This document shows, piece after piece, positions 46,047 through 55,611 of a stretch of 64,000 nt of DNA (positions are counted from its first letter, which is position 1; every line of letters begins with the position of its first letter). The notes under the pieces are model-generated. The model saw only the letters and a list, made by a program, of their open reading frames with translations, was not told where the DNA came from and searched no databases. Origin of the DNA: Candidatus Micrarchaeota archaeon (GTDB lineage Archaea > Micrarchaeota > Micrarchaeia > Norongarragalinales > Norongarragalinaceae); the NCBI GenBank assembly GCA_016207165.1, contig JACQQD010000012.1, positions 69,803 through 133,802 of the forward strand, written 5' to 3'. A program made the translations under genes and the position numbers.

Positions 46047-46973
46047 TTACACCAGCGACTCAAGCATTACGCAACGCCGGCAAATGGCCGCCGAACTGTG
46101 CTCGCCGCACACCGTGCAAGTTCCGGCTTGATGGTTTTCCACGGGTTTGGGAAGTTTTTCTTTGATTTTAAGGAAGGATTGCAGGACGTTGAACTTGGAG
46201 CCGGGATGGCGTTTTTCCACATCATTTAGGAAGTCCTTGACTTGGCCGCGGAACGCTTCGGCGCTGTAGGGGCATTCCGCCAAGTGGAAGGGCAAGTCGT
46301 TGACCACGCAATACAAGGCGCACTCTTTTTCCAAGTTGTAGACCAGCGGCTTGACGCGCTGGACGAACTTTTCCTGCGCCGACGTGCCGGAAACCACGCC
46401 GAACCGCTCAAAGCCTTCCGCGTCCCCCCTCAAGAAATTCATCAACACGGTTTGTGCCACGTCGTCGGCGTTGTGGCCGACCGCCAGCTTGCTGGCGCCC
46501 ACCATGCGCGCGGCCTTGTTCAAAGAATCCTTTCGGAGCACGCCGCACACGCCGCACGAGCGAAAACCCAGGTTTTTGTCGTCTCGGATTTTCATGATGG
46601 AATCCATGGAATGTCCGGCGAGTTCCTGGTAGGAGACGGTGGTCAACTGCAGACCCAGTTTCTCACAGAGCTGCTCGGCGTATTTTGTGGACTCGTCCCG
46701 GTAACCGGCAATGCCTTCATCCACCAAAATCGGCCGGAGTTCAAACCCCACTTTCTTTCCGAGCTTGAAAAGAACGTAAAGCAAAGCGGCGCTGTCCTTT
46801 CCCCCGGAAATCCCAACGGCCACCACGTCACCGCGTTCAAACAACTTGAACTCGCGTTGCGCCCGGGCCACTTTTTTTTCGAACAAATGCGTAAAGCACC
46901 GGCCGCATAAATCCAAGTTCGCGTAATCCAGCCGCAAGACGGCTTCGCGCTTGCATTTCGAGCAGGAAATCAT
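46047..46973 (-). CDS. ttuA: tRNA 2-thiolation protein (TtuA/NcsA/Ctu1)
   Basis: SGGKDS PP-loop, CGVCGVLR, GHNADD, CPY, terminal zinc fingers. Confidence 0.93.
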   Translation of the reverse strand: MISCSKCKREAVLRLDYANLDLCGRCFTHLFEKKVARAQREFKLFERGDVVAVGISGGKDSAALLYVLFKLGKKVGFELRPILVDEGIAGYRDESTKYAEQLCEKLGLQLTTVSYQELAGHSMDSIMKIRDDKNLGFRSCGVCGVLRKDSLNKAARMVGASKLAVGHNADDVAQTVLMNFLRGDAEGFERFGVVSGTSAQEKFVQRVKPLVYNLEKECALYCVVNDLPFHLAECPYSAEAFRGQVKDFLNDVEKRHPGSKFNVLQSFLKIKEKLPKPVENHQAGTCTVCGEHSSAAICRRCVMLESLV

Positions 46974-47032
46974 AAGCCATCGTAGTATCCAAAGAGGTTC
47001 TTTAAAAGCGCGGTGCGCCTTCAAGACACGGC

Positions 47033-47620
47033 ATGGTTCTTGAAGAATTGGAGGCCGCGCTCTTGCAACCCGTTTTGGAGTTGATCCGATCCTGGGGCGA
47101 GTGGGGCATTTTAGTCGGCATGTTTTTGGAGTCCTCCATCGTCCCGATTCCCTCGGAGGCCGTCTTGGTTACCGCCGGCGCCCTCGGGTTTTCGCCGTTG
47201 ACCGTCGCCATCTTCGGCACCATCGGCTCGACGTTGGGAGGCGTGGTGGGCTACTACATCGGGAAAAAAGGCGGAAGACCGGTGGTGGACAAAGTCGGGC
47301 CCTACCTTTTGGTGACCCAAGACAAAGTCATGCGCGCCGAGAAAGCCTTCGGCAAATACGGGGGCTGGACGATTCTCGTGGCGCGCCTCATCCCGTTCGT
47401 GCCGTTCAAGGTATTCTCCATCACGTCCGGGATTCTGAAGTTTGACCTCAAGACGTTCACGGTATTCACCCTCATCGGAACGTTTCCCAGAGCGCTTCTG
47501 CTGGCGTGGATCGGAGTGCAAATCATCCAGTACCAAGCGTATTTTTACTACTTCATTTTCGGCGTGATGGTGGCCGGACTTTTGGCGTATTACCTCAACA
47601 AGAAGTACAAGTGGTTTTAG
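47033..47620 (+). CDS. DedA-family membrane protein
   Basis: LESSIVPIPSE, GYYIG..GGR, RLIP. Confidence 0.92.
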   Translation: MVLEELEAALLQPVLELIRSWGEWGILVGMFLESSIVPIPSEAVLVTAGALGFSPLTVAIFGTIGSTLGGVVGYYIGKKGGRPVVDKVGPYLLVTQDKVMRAEKAFGKYGGWTILVARLIPFVPFKVFSITSGILKFDLKTFTVFTLIGTFPRALLLAWIGVQIIQYQAYFYYFIFGVMVAGLLAYYLNKKYKWF

Positions 47621-47826
47621 GCGCCGAAATCTTCCAGCAACCGCCTAAGTTCCCGGCTGGCCGCCAACAAGCCCAGCACGCCGGCGATGAAAAGGGCCAA
47701 CGCGATTTGGTCGAAGGGCTTGGGAAACCAGCCGAACAGGGACCCGACCAAAAGCACGACCATCAAACCCGCAACCAGGTACAAAACCGGGGTGCGCAGG
47801 GCCACCTGCCAAACAGGATGCTTCAT
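47617..47826 (-). CDS. Small two-TM hypothetical protein
   Basis: Hydrophobic 69-aa ORF filling the gap. Confidence 0.6.
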   Translation of the reverse strand: MKHPVWQVALRTPVLYLVAGLMVVLLVGSLFGWFPKPFDQIALALFIAGVLGLLAASRELRRLLEDFGA

Positions 47827-47879
47827 GAAAAAAGAACGTCTTGACGTCATTTAAATTCACCGGCCCCAACGTATGCCGT

Positions 47880-48305
47880 ATGGTTGAACAACGCCAAAGC
47901 GTGGGCGTGGTCTTGTACCGGCAAAACGGTCCGCAGCGGCAATACCTCGTGCTACACTACGCCGCCGGCCACTGGGACTTTCCCAAAGGCGGCGTGGAGC
48001 AAGGCGAATCCGAAGAGCAAACCCTCCGCCGGGAATTGCTGGAGGAAACCGGCATTTCCGACGTTCAAATCCATCCGGGGTTCCGCGACGCGTTTTCCTA
48101 TTTTTTCCGCGAGAAAGGCGAACTGGTCCGAAAAACGGTTTCTTGGTTCATCGGGAAAACCGCCGCCTCGGACGTGAAACTCTCCTTTGAGCACAAAGAC
48201 TTCGCGTGGCTGTCCTTTCAAGAAGCCATGGAAAAGCTCACGCACAAGAACGCCAAGCAACTCTTGGAAAAGGCGGCCGCATTTTTGACCAAGCAAGCAA
48301 CATAA
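47880..48305 (+). CDS. Nudix hydrolase, Ap4A hydrolase (NUDT2) type
   Basis: GHWDFPKG.VE.GES....L.REL.EETG, K.V..F, LS.EH. Confidence 0.92.
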   Translation: MVEQRQSVGVVLYRQNGPQRQYLVLHYAAGHWDFPKGGVEQGESEEQTLRRELLEETGISDVQIHPGFRDAFSYFFREKGELVRKTVSWFIGKTAASDVKLSFEHKDFAWLSFQEAMEKLTHKNAKQLLEKAAAFLTKQAT

Positions 48306-48374
48306 GCAATTCTTGCACAACCAAAAACCTGATGCCGCGTACCGTTTTAAGCCAAGCCGTCAAAAAAAAATTCC

Positions 48375-48623
48375 ATGAAACGCAGTCAAACCAAAGCCGG
48401 GCCATCGAAACGCCAACTGAGAATTTCGTTCCAGTGCATGTTTTGCGGAAAAACCATCGAAGAAAAACAACCCGACCCATGCATCGTCATTTTATGTTCT
48501 GGCTGGGATACCCCCGGAGAAAAACCGTTGAACCAACAATGCTATTGCCACGCGGCCTGTTTGAGACAAGTCGCGCATCAATCCGTGCCGTTGTACGTCC
48601 TTGACCGACAACGAAAGGATTAG
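48375..48623 (+). CDS. Small putative zinc-binding protein
   Basis: CMFCGK.I ... YCHAACL. Confidence 0.6.
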   Translation: MKRSQTKAGPSKRQLRISFQCMFCGKTIEEKQPDPCIVILCSGWDTPGEKPLNQQCYCHAACLRQVAHQSVPLYVLDRQRKD

Positions 48624-48820
48624 CCGCCGTAAATGATGCCGACGAAACGCAGTTCGTCGCCTTCCTTCAAAACGGTTTTCGGGTGCACGAGGTTGCCGTT
48701 GACCTGAACAAAGAACGTCTCGTCATTCACATCGTGGGCGTCAATGACGTCCTGGACGGTCTGGCCGTCGGGGATGTCAAGAAACTTCGCTTGGTTGTCG
48801 GTGACCCATTGCACGCGCAT
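48620..48820 (-). CDS. ThiS/MoaD/SAMP ubiquitin-like sulfur carrier
   Basis: 66 aa, VNG...L..GD.L, C-terminal GG. Confidence 0.9.
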   Translation of the reverse strand: MRVQWVTDNQAKFLDIPDGQTVQDVIDAHDVNDETFFVQVNGNLVHPKTVLKEGDELRFVGIIYGG

Positions 48821-48913
48821 ACGACCGTCATGGTTGAACCCGATTTAACGCTTCGCCTGAACGGTCAATCCACAACCTTTAAAGCCCCAAACGCCATGCA
48901 ACAAGACGTACAT

Positions 48914-49022
48914 GTCGGGTAAGCGCTTTTCAGCGGTTCATGCTGAACGGGTTCGTTAGCCCCCGACGGTCGAGAAGACCGTCGGTTCGCTCAAAAGCCG
49001 CCGGAATACAGGTGAATGAAAA
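48914..49022 (+). promoter_or_regulatory. Structured 5' leader of rpl15e (candidate eL15 r-leader)
   Basis: Closing stem GTCGGG/CCCGAC, hairpin TTCAGC/GCTGAA, second small hairpin, competing hairpin 48963-48985; TTTAAA box near 48878. Confidence 0.6.
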
Positions 49023-49604
49023 ATGGGTTACGCCAAATACGTCAGGGCCTCCTTTGCAAAATCCGCGAAAGAACGGTCCGAAAGTTACACGCTGCGCTTG
49101 CGCAAGTGGCGCAAACAACCGGTCGTCAACCGCGCCGACGGGCCCACCAACCCGGTGCGCGCCCGCGAACTGGGCTACAAAGCCGCGCCGGGATACGTGA
49201 TTGCCCGCGTGCGCATCCGCCGCGGACGCCACCGCCGACGCCAGCCGGACTTGGGGCGAAAACCGGGCCGCAACCGCAAACGCGTCGAGCCCGGACGTGA
49301 ATTGAAGTGGTACGCCCAAAACCGCGCGGCGCGCCGATTCGCCAACCTCACGCCAGTCAACGCGTACTGGGTGGGCGAAGACGGAGTGTACAAGTATTTT
49401 GAAGTCATCCTGCGGGACGACAACGCCTCAACTCCAAACGCGTACCGCCAAGCCAAGAAGGCGGAAGCCGAAAAAATCAAGGCCGTGGCGTTGCAGCCCA
49501 GGGCACCCAAGGAGGCGCCGGCGAAAAAGAAGGCGGCACCCAAGAAATCCAAGGCCGATGCGGCGATAAAACCCCAAAGACAAGTCGCCGTGGCCACGGC
49601 GTGA
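49023..49604 (+). CDS. rpl15e: 50S ribosomal protein eL15
   Basis: WR......R...PT...RAR.LGYKA..G....RVR.RRG, N.YWV.ED..YK.FEVIL. Confidence 0.97.
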   Translation: MGYAKYVRASFAKSAKERSESYTLRLRKWRKQPVVNRADGPTNPVRARELGYKAAPGYVIARVRIRRGRHRRRQPDLGRKPGRNRKRVEPGRELKWYAQNRAARRFANLTPVNAYWVGEDGVYKYFEVILRDDNASTPNAYRQAKKAEAEKIKAVALQPRAPKEAPAKKKAAPKKSKADAAIKPQRQVAVATA

Positions 49605-49640
49605 AAGCCTTCTTAAGCGCATTCGGCGTATAAGCGCTGT

Positions 49641-50402
49641 ATGACGCGACGCGCGTTTCTGGAAAAAACCGCGAAAAAAGCGGGCAAGCTCCTCATGGAG
49701 CACTTCGGTGGCAACGTCCACGCCCGAGAAAAGGCCGTCAAAGACTGGATCACGGACGCGGATTTGGCGGCCGAGGAACTGATTTTAAAGGAAATTCGGG
49801 ACAGCCGGTTTGACGCGCCTGTGCTCTCGGAAGAGCATGGAGGCCATTGGAAGGACGAGGACACGTTCTGGATCATTGACCCGCTGGATGGCACCATGAA
49901 TTTCGCCATCCAGAACCCCTTGTTCGGGTTGAACATCGCCTACGTTCAGAACGGGAAACCCCAGGCGGCCGTCACGTTCTTGCCGTACCTGCGGGAACTG
50001 TTTTACGCGGAAAAGGGCCGCGGCGCGTGGCTGAATGGGAAAAAAATTTCCTGTCCCAGAAAACCCCTCAAGCAAAGCATCGTGTTTGCCACGTTCAGCT
50101 ACGCTTCGCAGAAAAGCATCGAAGACGGCTTGTTTTACGAAGAGCGTTTGGCCAAGAAGGCCTTGCGCGTGCGGAATCCCGGCGCGCTTTCCATGGGGCT
50201 TTCCTACGTCGCGTGCGGGCGGTACGGGGGAGTGGTGCACCATGCCGCCACGGCGTGGGACATCACCGCTGGCGCGCTTTTAATCCAGGAGGCGGGTGGA
50301 AAGGTAACGGATTTCCGCGGAAAACCATTCGACCCGTTCATGCCGACGCTGTGCGCCGGAAACGCGCAAAACCACGCCGAATTGCTCAAGGCGATCCAAT
50401 GA
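49641..50402 (+). CDS. suhB: Inositol monophosphatase / FBPase family protein
   Basis: T.AD..AE, SEE, WIIDPLDGTMNF, WD..AG.L...EAGG. Confidence 0.9.
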   Translation: MTRRAFLEKTAKKAGKLLMEHFGGNVHAREKAVKDWITDADLAAEELILKEIRDSRFDAPVLSEEHGGHWKDEDTFWIIDPLDGTMNFAIQNPLFGLNIAYVQNGKPQAAVTFLPYLRELFYAEKGRGAWLNGKKISCPRKPLKQSIVFATFSYASQKSIEDGLFYEERLAKKALRVRNPGALSMGLSYVACGRYGGVVHHAATAWDITAGALLIQEAGGKVTDFRGKPFDPFMPTLCAGNAQNHAELLKAIQ

Positions 50403-50908
50403 AGAAATGCACGGACTTGCACGTTGGCCCAGGCGCCAAAGCCTTCGCCGAATCCTTGGGCTGGCAAGTCCGGGGGCCGGCCACCGTCTTTCTGGATACC
50501 GACCAAGACGGCGGACGCGTAAAGAAGGGAGACGCCGTGGCGTCAATCAATTCGATGGGACTTAGGAAAGCCGCGAAAAAACAGGTGCTGGTGGACCCCA
50601 CGCACGTGGTGCGCTTCGAAAAAGACGAGGGGCTGGTGCGCGCCGTGGCGGAAACACCCAGCGCCTTTGAGTTGCCGTTGCGGCTTTTGCTTCACGCCTC
50701 CGGCCGCAGGCGGGCGCGGCTGGTTGAAGCCTACAAGGCGTTCTGGGCGCTCTGCCAGAAGCGAAAGGCGAAGTGGTTTATCACCAGCCAAGCGGAAAAC
50801 GCGTGGGACGTCAAGCACCCGCGGGAGGTCTTGGCCATCATCCAGCAATTCGGCCCCTCCAAACTCCAGGCCCAACAAATGCTGGAAGAGGCGGGAACGT
50901 GGCCGTGA
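50399..50908 (+). CDS. rnp3: RNase P protein Rpp30, shortened
   Basis: DLHV N-terminus, FELPLR.LL, ITS.A....DV..PRE; position in rpl15e-pop5-psmA cluster. Confidence 0.7.
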   Translation: MKKCTDLHVGPGAKAFAESLGWQVRGPATVFLDTDQDGGRVKKGDAVASINSMGLRKAAKKQVLVDPTHVVRFEKDEGLVRAVAETPSAFELPLRLLLHASGRRRARLVEAYKAFWALCQKRKAKWFITSQAENAWDVKHPREVLAIIQQFGPSKLQAQQMLEEAGTWP

Positions 50909-51450
50909 ACTTGTTGTTCGTCACCTCCAACGCCTCCAAGGTCCGGGAAGCCAAGCACGCCTTGGGCCCAAATTGGAAGGTGACGCACAAGAACCTGGAT
51001 GTGCCGGAAGTCAAGACGGAGTCCATGGAAGAAACCATTCAACGAAAGGCGGAAACCGCGTTTTCGTTGGTGAAAAAACCCGTCTTGGTGGAAGACACCG
51101 GGTTTTTTTTGGACGCGTACCCGAATTTTCCGGGCACGTACACCAAGTTCTGCATTAAGCGCATCGGCTTGGACGGTTTTCTCAAGTTGCTGGAAGGAAA
51201 AAACCGTCAAGCCGGGTTTGAAACCTGGCTGGGCTACCACGACGGCCAAAACGTGCGGACGTTTACCGGTTCCGTGAAAGGGTCCGTGGCGGACAAACCC
51301 AGGGGAAAAGCGGCGGAAAAACTGCCGTACGACCTGATTTTCATTCCGCAAGGCGAAAAACGGACGTACGCGGAAATGCCTTTGGCGGAAAAGCAAGAAA
51401 CCTCGCACCGGGCCAAGGCGTTTGCCGCATTGAAAAAGGCGTTTCCATGA
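50905..51450 (+). CDS. rdgB: Non-canonical purine NTP pyrophosphatase (RdgB/HAM1)
   Basis: FVTSN..K..E, VEDTG, FPG.YTK, YD.IF.P, TYAEM, SHR. Confidence 0.93.
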   Translation: MNLLFVTSNASKVREAKHALGPNWKVTHKNLDVPEVKTESMEETIQRKAETAFSLVKKPVLVEDTGFFLDAYPNFPGTYTKFCIKRIGLDGFLKLLEGKNRQAGFETWLGYHDGQNVRTFTGSVKGSVADKPRGKAAEKLPYDLIFIPQGEKRTYAEMPLAEKQETSHRAKAFAALKKAFP

Positions 51451-51740
51451 GGGAAAAAAAAAGGTACATCCTGGTCAAGGCGGAAGGCCTCAGCCCAGCC
51501 GAGGTCCAGCAATGCGTTCAAGCCGCCCTCCAGGAGTGGCTGGGCGAAAAAGGCGTGGCGTTGGCCCGCGCGCGATTCGTTCGGGACGAGCCCGGCGGCG
51601 CATGGGTGAAGTGCTCGACGAAGGCGTTGGAGGATACGGTGGCCGCGTTGGCCCTCAAACGGTTCTTCAAAGGAAAAGACGTGGCCCTTCGCACGGTTTT
51701 GGTGGCGGGCAGCGTTCCCAAGGCCGCCAAGAAAGTTTAA
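51447..51740 (+). CDS. rnp2: RNase P protein Pop5/Rpp14
   Basis: REKKRYI, LGE.G, V.GS..K; directly upstream of psmA. Confidence 0.85.
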   Translation: MREKKRYILVKAEGLSPAEVQQCVQAALQEWLGEKGVALARARFVRDEPGGAWVKCSTKALEDTVAALALKRFFKGKDVALRTVLVAGSVPKAAKKV

Positions 51741-51826
51741 AAAGCGGTTTGGACCTTAATCTCGTGTAAAAAGAGAGAAAAACTGACGCTCTTTTTGGAT
51801 TCAATTCTGAGGTGAAATCCCAAGTC

Positions 51827-52534
51827 ATGTATCCGCCTTCCCAAGCGGCGTACGACCGAGCGATCACCGTGTTTTCGCCGGATGGACGCCTGTTCCAAGT
51901 CGAGTACGCGCGCGAAGCCGTCAAAACCGGTTCCACGAGCATTGGCATCGTCTGCAAGGACGGCATTGCCTTGATGGCGCACAAGCGCGTGTCGTCCCCG
52001 CTTTTGATTGGCGGGTCCACGGAAAAGATTTTCTCCATCGACCAGCACATCGCCGCCGCCTCCAGTGGATTGGTGGCTGACGCCCGAAAACTCGTGGACT
52101 TTTCACGGGTCGAAGCCCAGAAGCACCGCCTGACGTTTGACGAAGAGATTCCCGTTGAACTCTTGGCCAAGAACATCGGCGACCACATCCAATTCTACAC
52201 CCAGTACGCCGGAGTCCGGCCTTACGGCGTGTCGTTTTTGATTGCCGGCGTCGACGGAGGGTTGAGGTTGTTTGAAACCGATCCCTCGGGCGCCTTGTTT
52301 GAGTTCAAGGCCACGGCCATCGGCTCCGGCAAAAAGGCCGTCGAGGAAATCCTGGAAAAGGAGTACCGCGACGACATGAGTCTTTCAGACGGCGTTAAAC
52401 TGGGGATGAAGGCCCTGAAAAAAGTCGTGGAAGAAAAACTGTCCCCCGCCATGGTGGACTTGGCGCTGGTGAAAGCCGACGACCACAAGGTCCACAAAGT
52501 CGGCAGAGACCAGAAGGCCCAGTGGATGTCGTAG
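51827..52534 (+). CDS. psmA: Proteasome alpha subunit
   Basis: YDRAITVFSPDGRLFQVEYAREAV, RPYGVS, TDPSG. Confidence 0.98.
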   Translation: MYPPSQAAYDRAITVFSPDGRLFQVEYAREAVKTGSTSIGIVCKDGIALMAHKRVSSPLLIGGSTEKIFSIDQHIAAASSGLVADARKLVDFSRVEAQKHRLTFDEEIPVELLAKNIGDHIQFYTQYAGVRPYGVSFLIAGVDGGLRLFETDPSGALFEFKATAIGSGKKAVEEILEKEYRDDMSLSDGVKLGMKALKKVVEEKLSPAMVDLALVKADDHKVHKVGRDQKAQWMS

Positions 52535-52539
52535 GGATC

Positions 52540-53229
52540 ATGGCTGGCATCGAGAACACCTTGATCGCGCGCTACGACAAGAATTCAAACCACTTCGAGA
52601 TCCTCGTGGATCCCAAGAACGGCTACGACTTCAAACGCGGCGCGAAAAAAGACTTCGCAAACGTCTTGGCCTTTGACGAGGTGTTCAAGGACGCCAAGAA
52701 AGGCGAACGCCATTCGCCGTCCGTGATCCAAAAAGAATTCGGCACCACGGACGTACAGCAGGTGGCGCAAAAAATCCTCCGCGAAGGGGAACTGCAGCTG
52801 ACCACGGAGCAACGACGCAAAGCCGTGGCGGAAAAGCACGCGCAACTGGTGGCGCTCATCGCGAAAAACGTGATGGACCCGCGCACCAAGACGCCGCATC
52901 CGCCGGCGCGCATCGAAGCGGCCCTGGAAGAGGCGCGATTCCAGGTGGACGCCTTCAAGAAACCGGAGGAAGAATTGGAGGCCGCCATTGACGCCATCCG
53001 GGAAATCATCCCGGTGAGCACCGAACACGTCAAGGTGGCGGTGCGCATTCCGGCGCCGTATGCGGCCAAGTGTTATGGCATGATCAAGGAATTCGGAATC
53101 CAAAAAGAGGAGTGGGCCAACGACGGCTCATTGTTGGTGGTAGTAGAAATGCCGGCGGGCGTGCAGGGCGCGTTTTACGACCGCCTGAACAACGCCACCG
53201 CCGGAAACGCCGAAACCAGGAGGCTTTAA
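52540..53229 (+). CDS. sdo1: Ribosome assembly factor SBDS/Sdo1
   Basis: HFEILVDP, FGTTD, GELQLTTEQRR, DPRT..PHP..RIE.A. Confidence 0.96.
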   Translation: MAGIENTLIARYDKNSNHFEILVDPKNGYDFKRGAKKDFANVLAFDEVFKDAKKGERHSPSVIQKEFGTTDVQQVAQKILREGELQLTTEQRRKAVAEKHAQLVALIAKNVMDPRTKTPHPPARIEAALEEARFQVDAFKKPEEELEAAIDAIREIIPVSTEHVKVAVRIPAPYAAKCYGMIKEFGIQKEEWANDGSLLVVVEMPAGVQGAFYDRLNNATAGNAETRRL

Positions 53230-53230
53230 A

Positions 53231-53839
53231 ATGAATGAAATGATTTTCCCAGGCGATCTCGTGGCCGACCACGAACAGCACATTCCGGGATGCTACACGG
53301 AAAACGGAAAAACGTACGCGGCGACGCTGGCGCTTCGCCAGAACGACCACGTGGTTCCCCTCAAGGGCCAGTACGTGCCGCGCGTGGGCGAAGAAGTCGT
53401 CGGCATCGTCACGGACGAGCGCTTTTCGGGGTACACCCTGGAACTGAATTCTCCGTACGAAGGCGACTTGAGCACGCGCGAAACCCGCGAAGAACTCAAA
53501 CTCGGGGCGGTCGTGGCCTGCAAGATTCTGGCGGTCAACGAAGTCAAAATGGCCACCCTCGTGGAACCGCATCCCCTGCCGGAAGCGATTTTAGTCAAGA
53601 TGGAGGCTGTCAAGGTGCCCCGGCTGATCGGCCGCAACGGCAGCATGCTGGACGTCATCCAAAAGCACACGCAAAGCCAGATCACGGTGGGCAAGAACGG
53701 CTACGTCGCCATCTCCGGGGGCGACACCAAGCTGGCGGTGGACGTGGTGGAAAAAATCGAACGCGAATCGCATGTTCCGGGTTTAACGGACCGCGTCACG
53801 AAAATGCTTGAACACAAATCAGGTGAAATGCATGGTTGA
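53231..53839 (+). CDS. rrp4: Exosome RNA-binding subunit Rrp4
   Basis: PLKG.Y.P..G..V.G, KVPRLIGRNGSM, G.NG, H..GLTDR. Confidence 0.93.
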   Translation: MNEMIFPGDLVADHEQHIPGCYTENGKTYAATLALRQNDHVVPLKGQYVPRVGEEVVGIVTDERFSGYTLELNSPYEGDLSTRETREELKLGAVVACKILAVNEVKMATLVEPHPLPEAILVKMEAVKVPRLIGRNGSMLDVIQKHTQSQITVGKNGYVAISGGDTKLAVDVVEKIERESHVPGLTDRVTKMLEHKSGEMHG

Positions 53840-54578
53840 AAAAGAAGACTTATTCAAGAACGGCAAGCGCTGGGACGGGCGCACGCCCACGGACCTGCGG
53901 ACTCCCTTGGCCATCACGGCTGGCGTGCTCAAACGCGCGCAAGGTTCAGCCATGATCGAATGGGGCAAAAACAAGGTTTTGGCCGCCGTCTACGGCCCAC
54001 GCGAAGTGTTCCCGAAACACTTGGCGGACCCCGCCAAGGCCATCATCAACGCCCGCTACATCATGGCGCCGTTTTCAGGACTGGATGACCACGGTCGCTC
54101 CGGCCCCAACCGCCGCAGCATTGAAATTTCCAAAGTCGCCAAGCACGTGTTTGAAAACGCGATCCTGGTGGAGCAATTCCCAAAAACCATGATCGACGTG
54201 TACATGGAAGTCCTGCAGAGCGACGGCGGCACGCGCGTGTCGGCCATCACCGCGGCCTCCGTGGCGTTGGCGGACGCCGGCATCCCCATGCGGGACCTGC
54301 CCGTCGGCATGAGCGCCGGAAAAGTCGGCGACGCCATGCTGTTGGACTTGGACAAATACGAGGACAACCTGGGTGACAGCGACATTCCGACGGTGATACT
54401 GCCGCGGACCGGGGAAATCTTGTTGTCCCAAATGGACGGCATGCTCTCGAAGAAGGACGTCAACGACGCGTTTGACCTGATGTTTGAAAACGCGAAGTTC
54501 GTCCGCGAAAAACAGTTGCAGGCCCTTCGTGACCGCTACGAGAAAGTTGAAGCCCAAGTACAAGGTGAAAACGCATGA
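53832..54578 (+). CDS. rrp41: Exosome exonuclease Rrp41
   Basis: R.DGR....LR, AVYGPRE, RRSIEIS, DGGTR, LADAGIPM. Confidence 0.96.
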   Translation: MVEKEDLFKNGKRWDGRTPTDLRTPLAITAGVLKRAQGSAMIEWGKNKVLAAVYGPREVFPKHLADPAKAIINARYIMAPFSGLDDHGRSGPNRRSIEISKVAKHVFENAILVEQFPKTMIDVYMEVLQSDGGTRVSAITAASVALADAGIPMRDLPVGMSAGKVGDAMLLDLDKYEDNLGDSDIPTVILPRTGEILLSQMDGMLSKKDVNDAFDLMFENAKFVREKQLQALRDRYEKVEAQVQGENA

Positions 54579-55351
54579 TTTTAGACCAAGTCAAGAAAAA
54601 TTTCATCCAGCAAAAAATCCAGGACGGCGAACGCGAGGACGGCCGCGGGTTTTTTGACTACCGGCCCATCCGCATCCAGAAAGGATTCGTTCCGAACGCG
54701 GAAGGAAGCTGCCTGGCCCAAATCGGCGACACGAAAGTGCTTTGCGGCGTCAAGTTCGACGTCATGGCGCCGTTTGCCGACCGGCCCGAGGAAGGCGTGT
54801 TCATGACGAACGCGGAATTCGCGCCGTTGGCGCACCCCGACTTCCATCCCGGACCGCCCAACGAAGACAGCATCGAACTGGCGCGCGTGGTGGACCGCGG
54901 CATCCGCTCGGCAGAGTTGCTGGACGTCAAAAACATGTTTTTGGAGGAAGGCAAGGTCTTGGGATTGTTCGTCGACTTGTACATCCTGGACCACGAAGGC
55001 AACCTCATGGACACCGCCGCGCTGGCGGCCATGGGAGCGCTTTTGGACACGAAAGTACCCAAATACGAGGGCGGCAAGATCGTCCGAAACGAGTTCCTGG
55101 GGCCGCTGAAGCTCTCCGACACGGTGGTGACCACCTCGTTTGAACGCATCGGCTCCCAAATCATCGTGGACGCCGCGCCCGCCGAGGAAACCGCAAGCTC
55201 CGGACGACTGACCCTGGGAACCGCGGACGGCGACTTGATCTGCGCGACGCAGAAAAGCGGCCGCGCCGGCATCACCCGTCCACAATACGATGAAATGATG
55301 GACGTGGCCTTCCAGAAACACGGGGAACTGGCCGACGCACTGAAGGGTTGA
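54575..55351 (+). CDS. rrp42: Exosome subunit Rrp42
   Basis: REDGR....YR, AEGS, GPP.E..IELARVVDRGIR, GN..D, QKSG. Confidence 0.96.
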   Translation: MILDQVKKNFIQQKIQDGEREDGRGFFDYRPIRIQKGFVPNAEGSCLAQIGDTKVLCGVKFDVMAPFADRPEEGVFMTNAEFAPLAHPDFHPGPPNEDSIELARVVDRGIRSAELLDVKNMFLEEGKVLGLFVDLYILDHEGNLMDTAALAAMGALLDTKVPKYEGGKIVRNEFLGPLKLSDTVVTTSFERIGSQIIVDAAPAEETASSGRLTLGTADGDLICATQKSGRAGITRPQYDEMMDVAFQKHGELADALKG

Positions 55352-55357
55352 TTGCAC

Positions 55358-55585
55358 ATGCACGGATACGGAGTTCGGATTCGGAAAAAAGTCGCGGCCG
55401 TAAAGGCACTGACCGTCGCCAAGCACCCCTGCCCGTTCTGCGGCAAGCAGGCGGTTCGGCGCGAAAGCACCGGCATTTGGAAGTGCCGCAGCTGCGGAGC
55501 CGAGTTCGCCGGCGGCGCGTACACGCCGCAAACCGAAGTCGGAGACGCGGCCAAAAAAGCCGTGGATACGCTCCAACAATCCTAG
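55358..55585 (+). CDS. rpl37ae: 50S ribosomal protein eL43 (L37Ae), short N-terminus
   Basis: [24 protein letters not shown]...FAGGAY.P. Confidence 0.95.
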   Translation: MHGYGVRIRKKVAAVKALTVAKHPCPFCGKQAVRRESTGIWKCRSCGAEFAGGAYTPQTEVGDAAKKAVDTLQQS

Positions 55586-55611
55586 GCGGCCATTTCCAGA
55601 AAGGGAATTGG

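Noticed and set aside
48821-49022. RNase P RNA near the RNase P protein genes
   Set aside because: Too short and lacks the GAGGAAAGUCC and AACAGAA conserved regions
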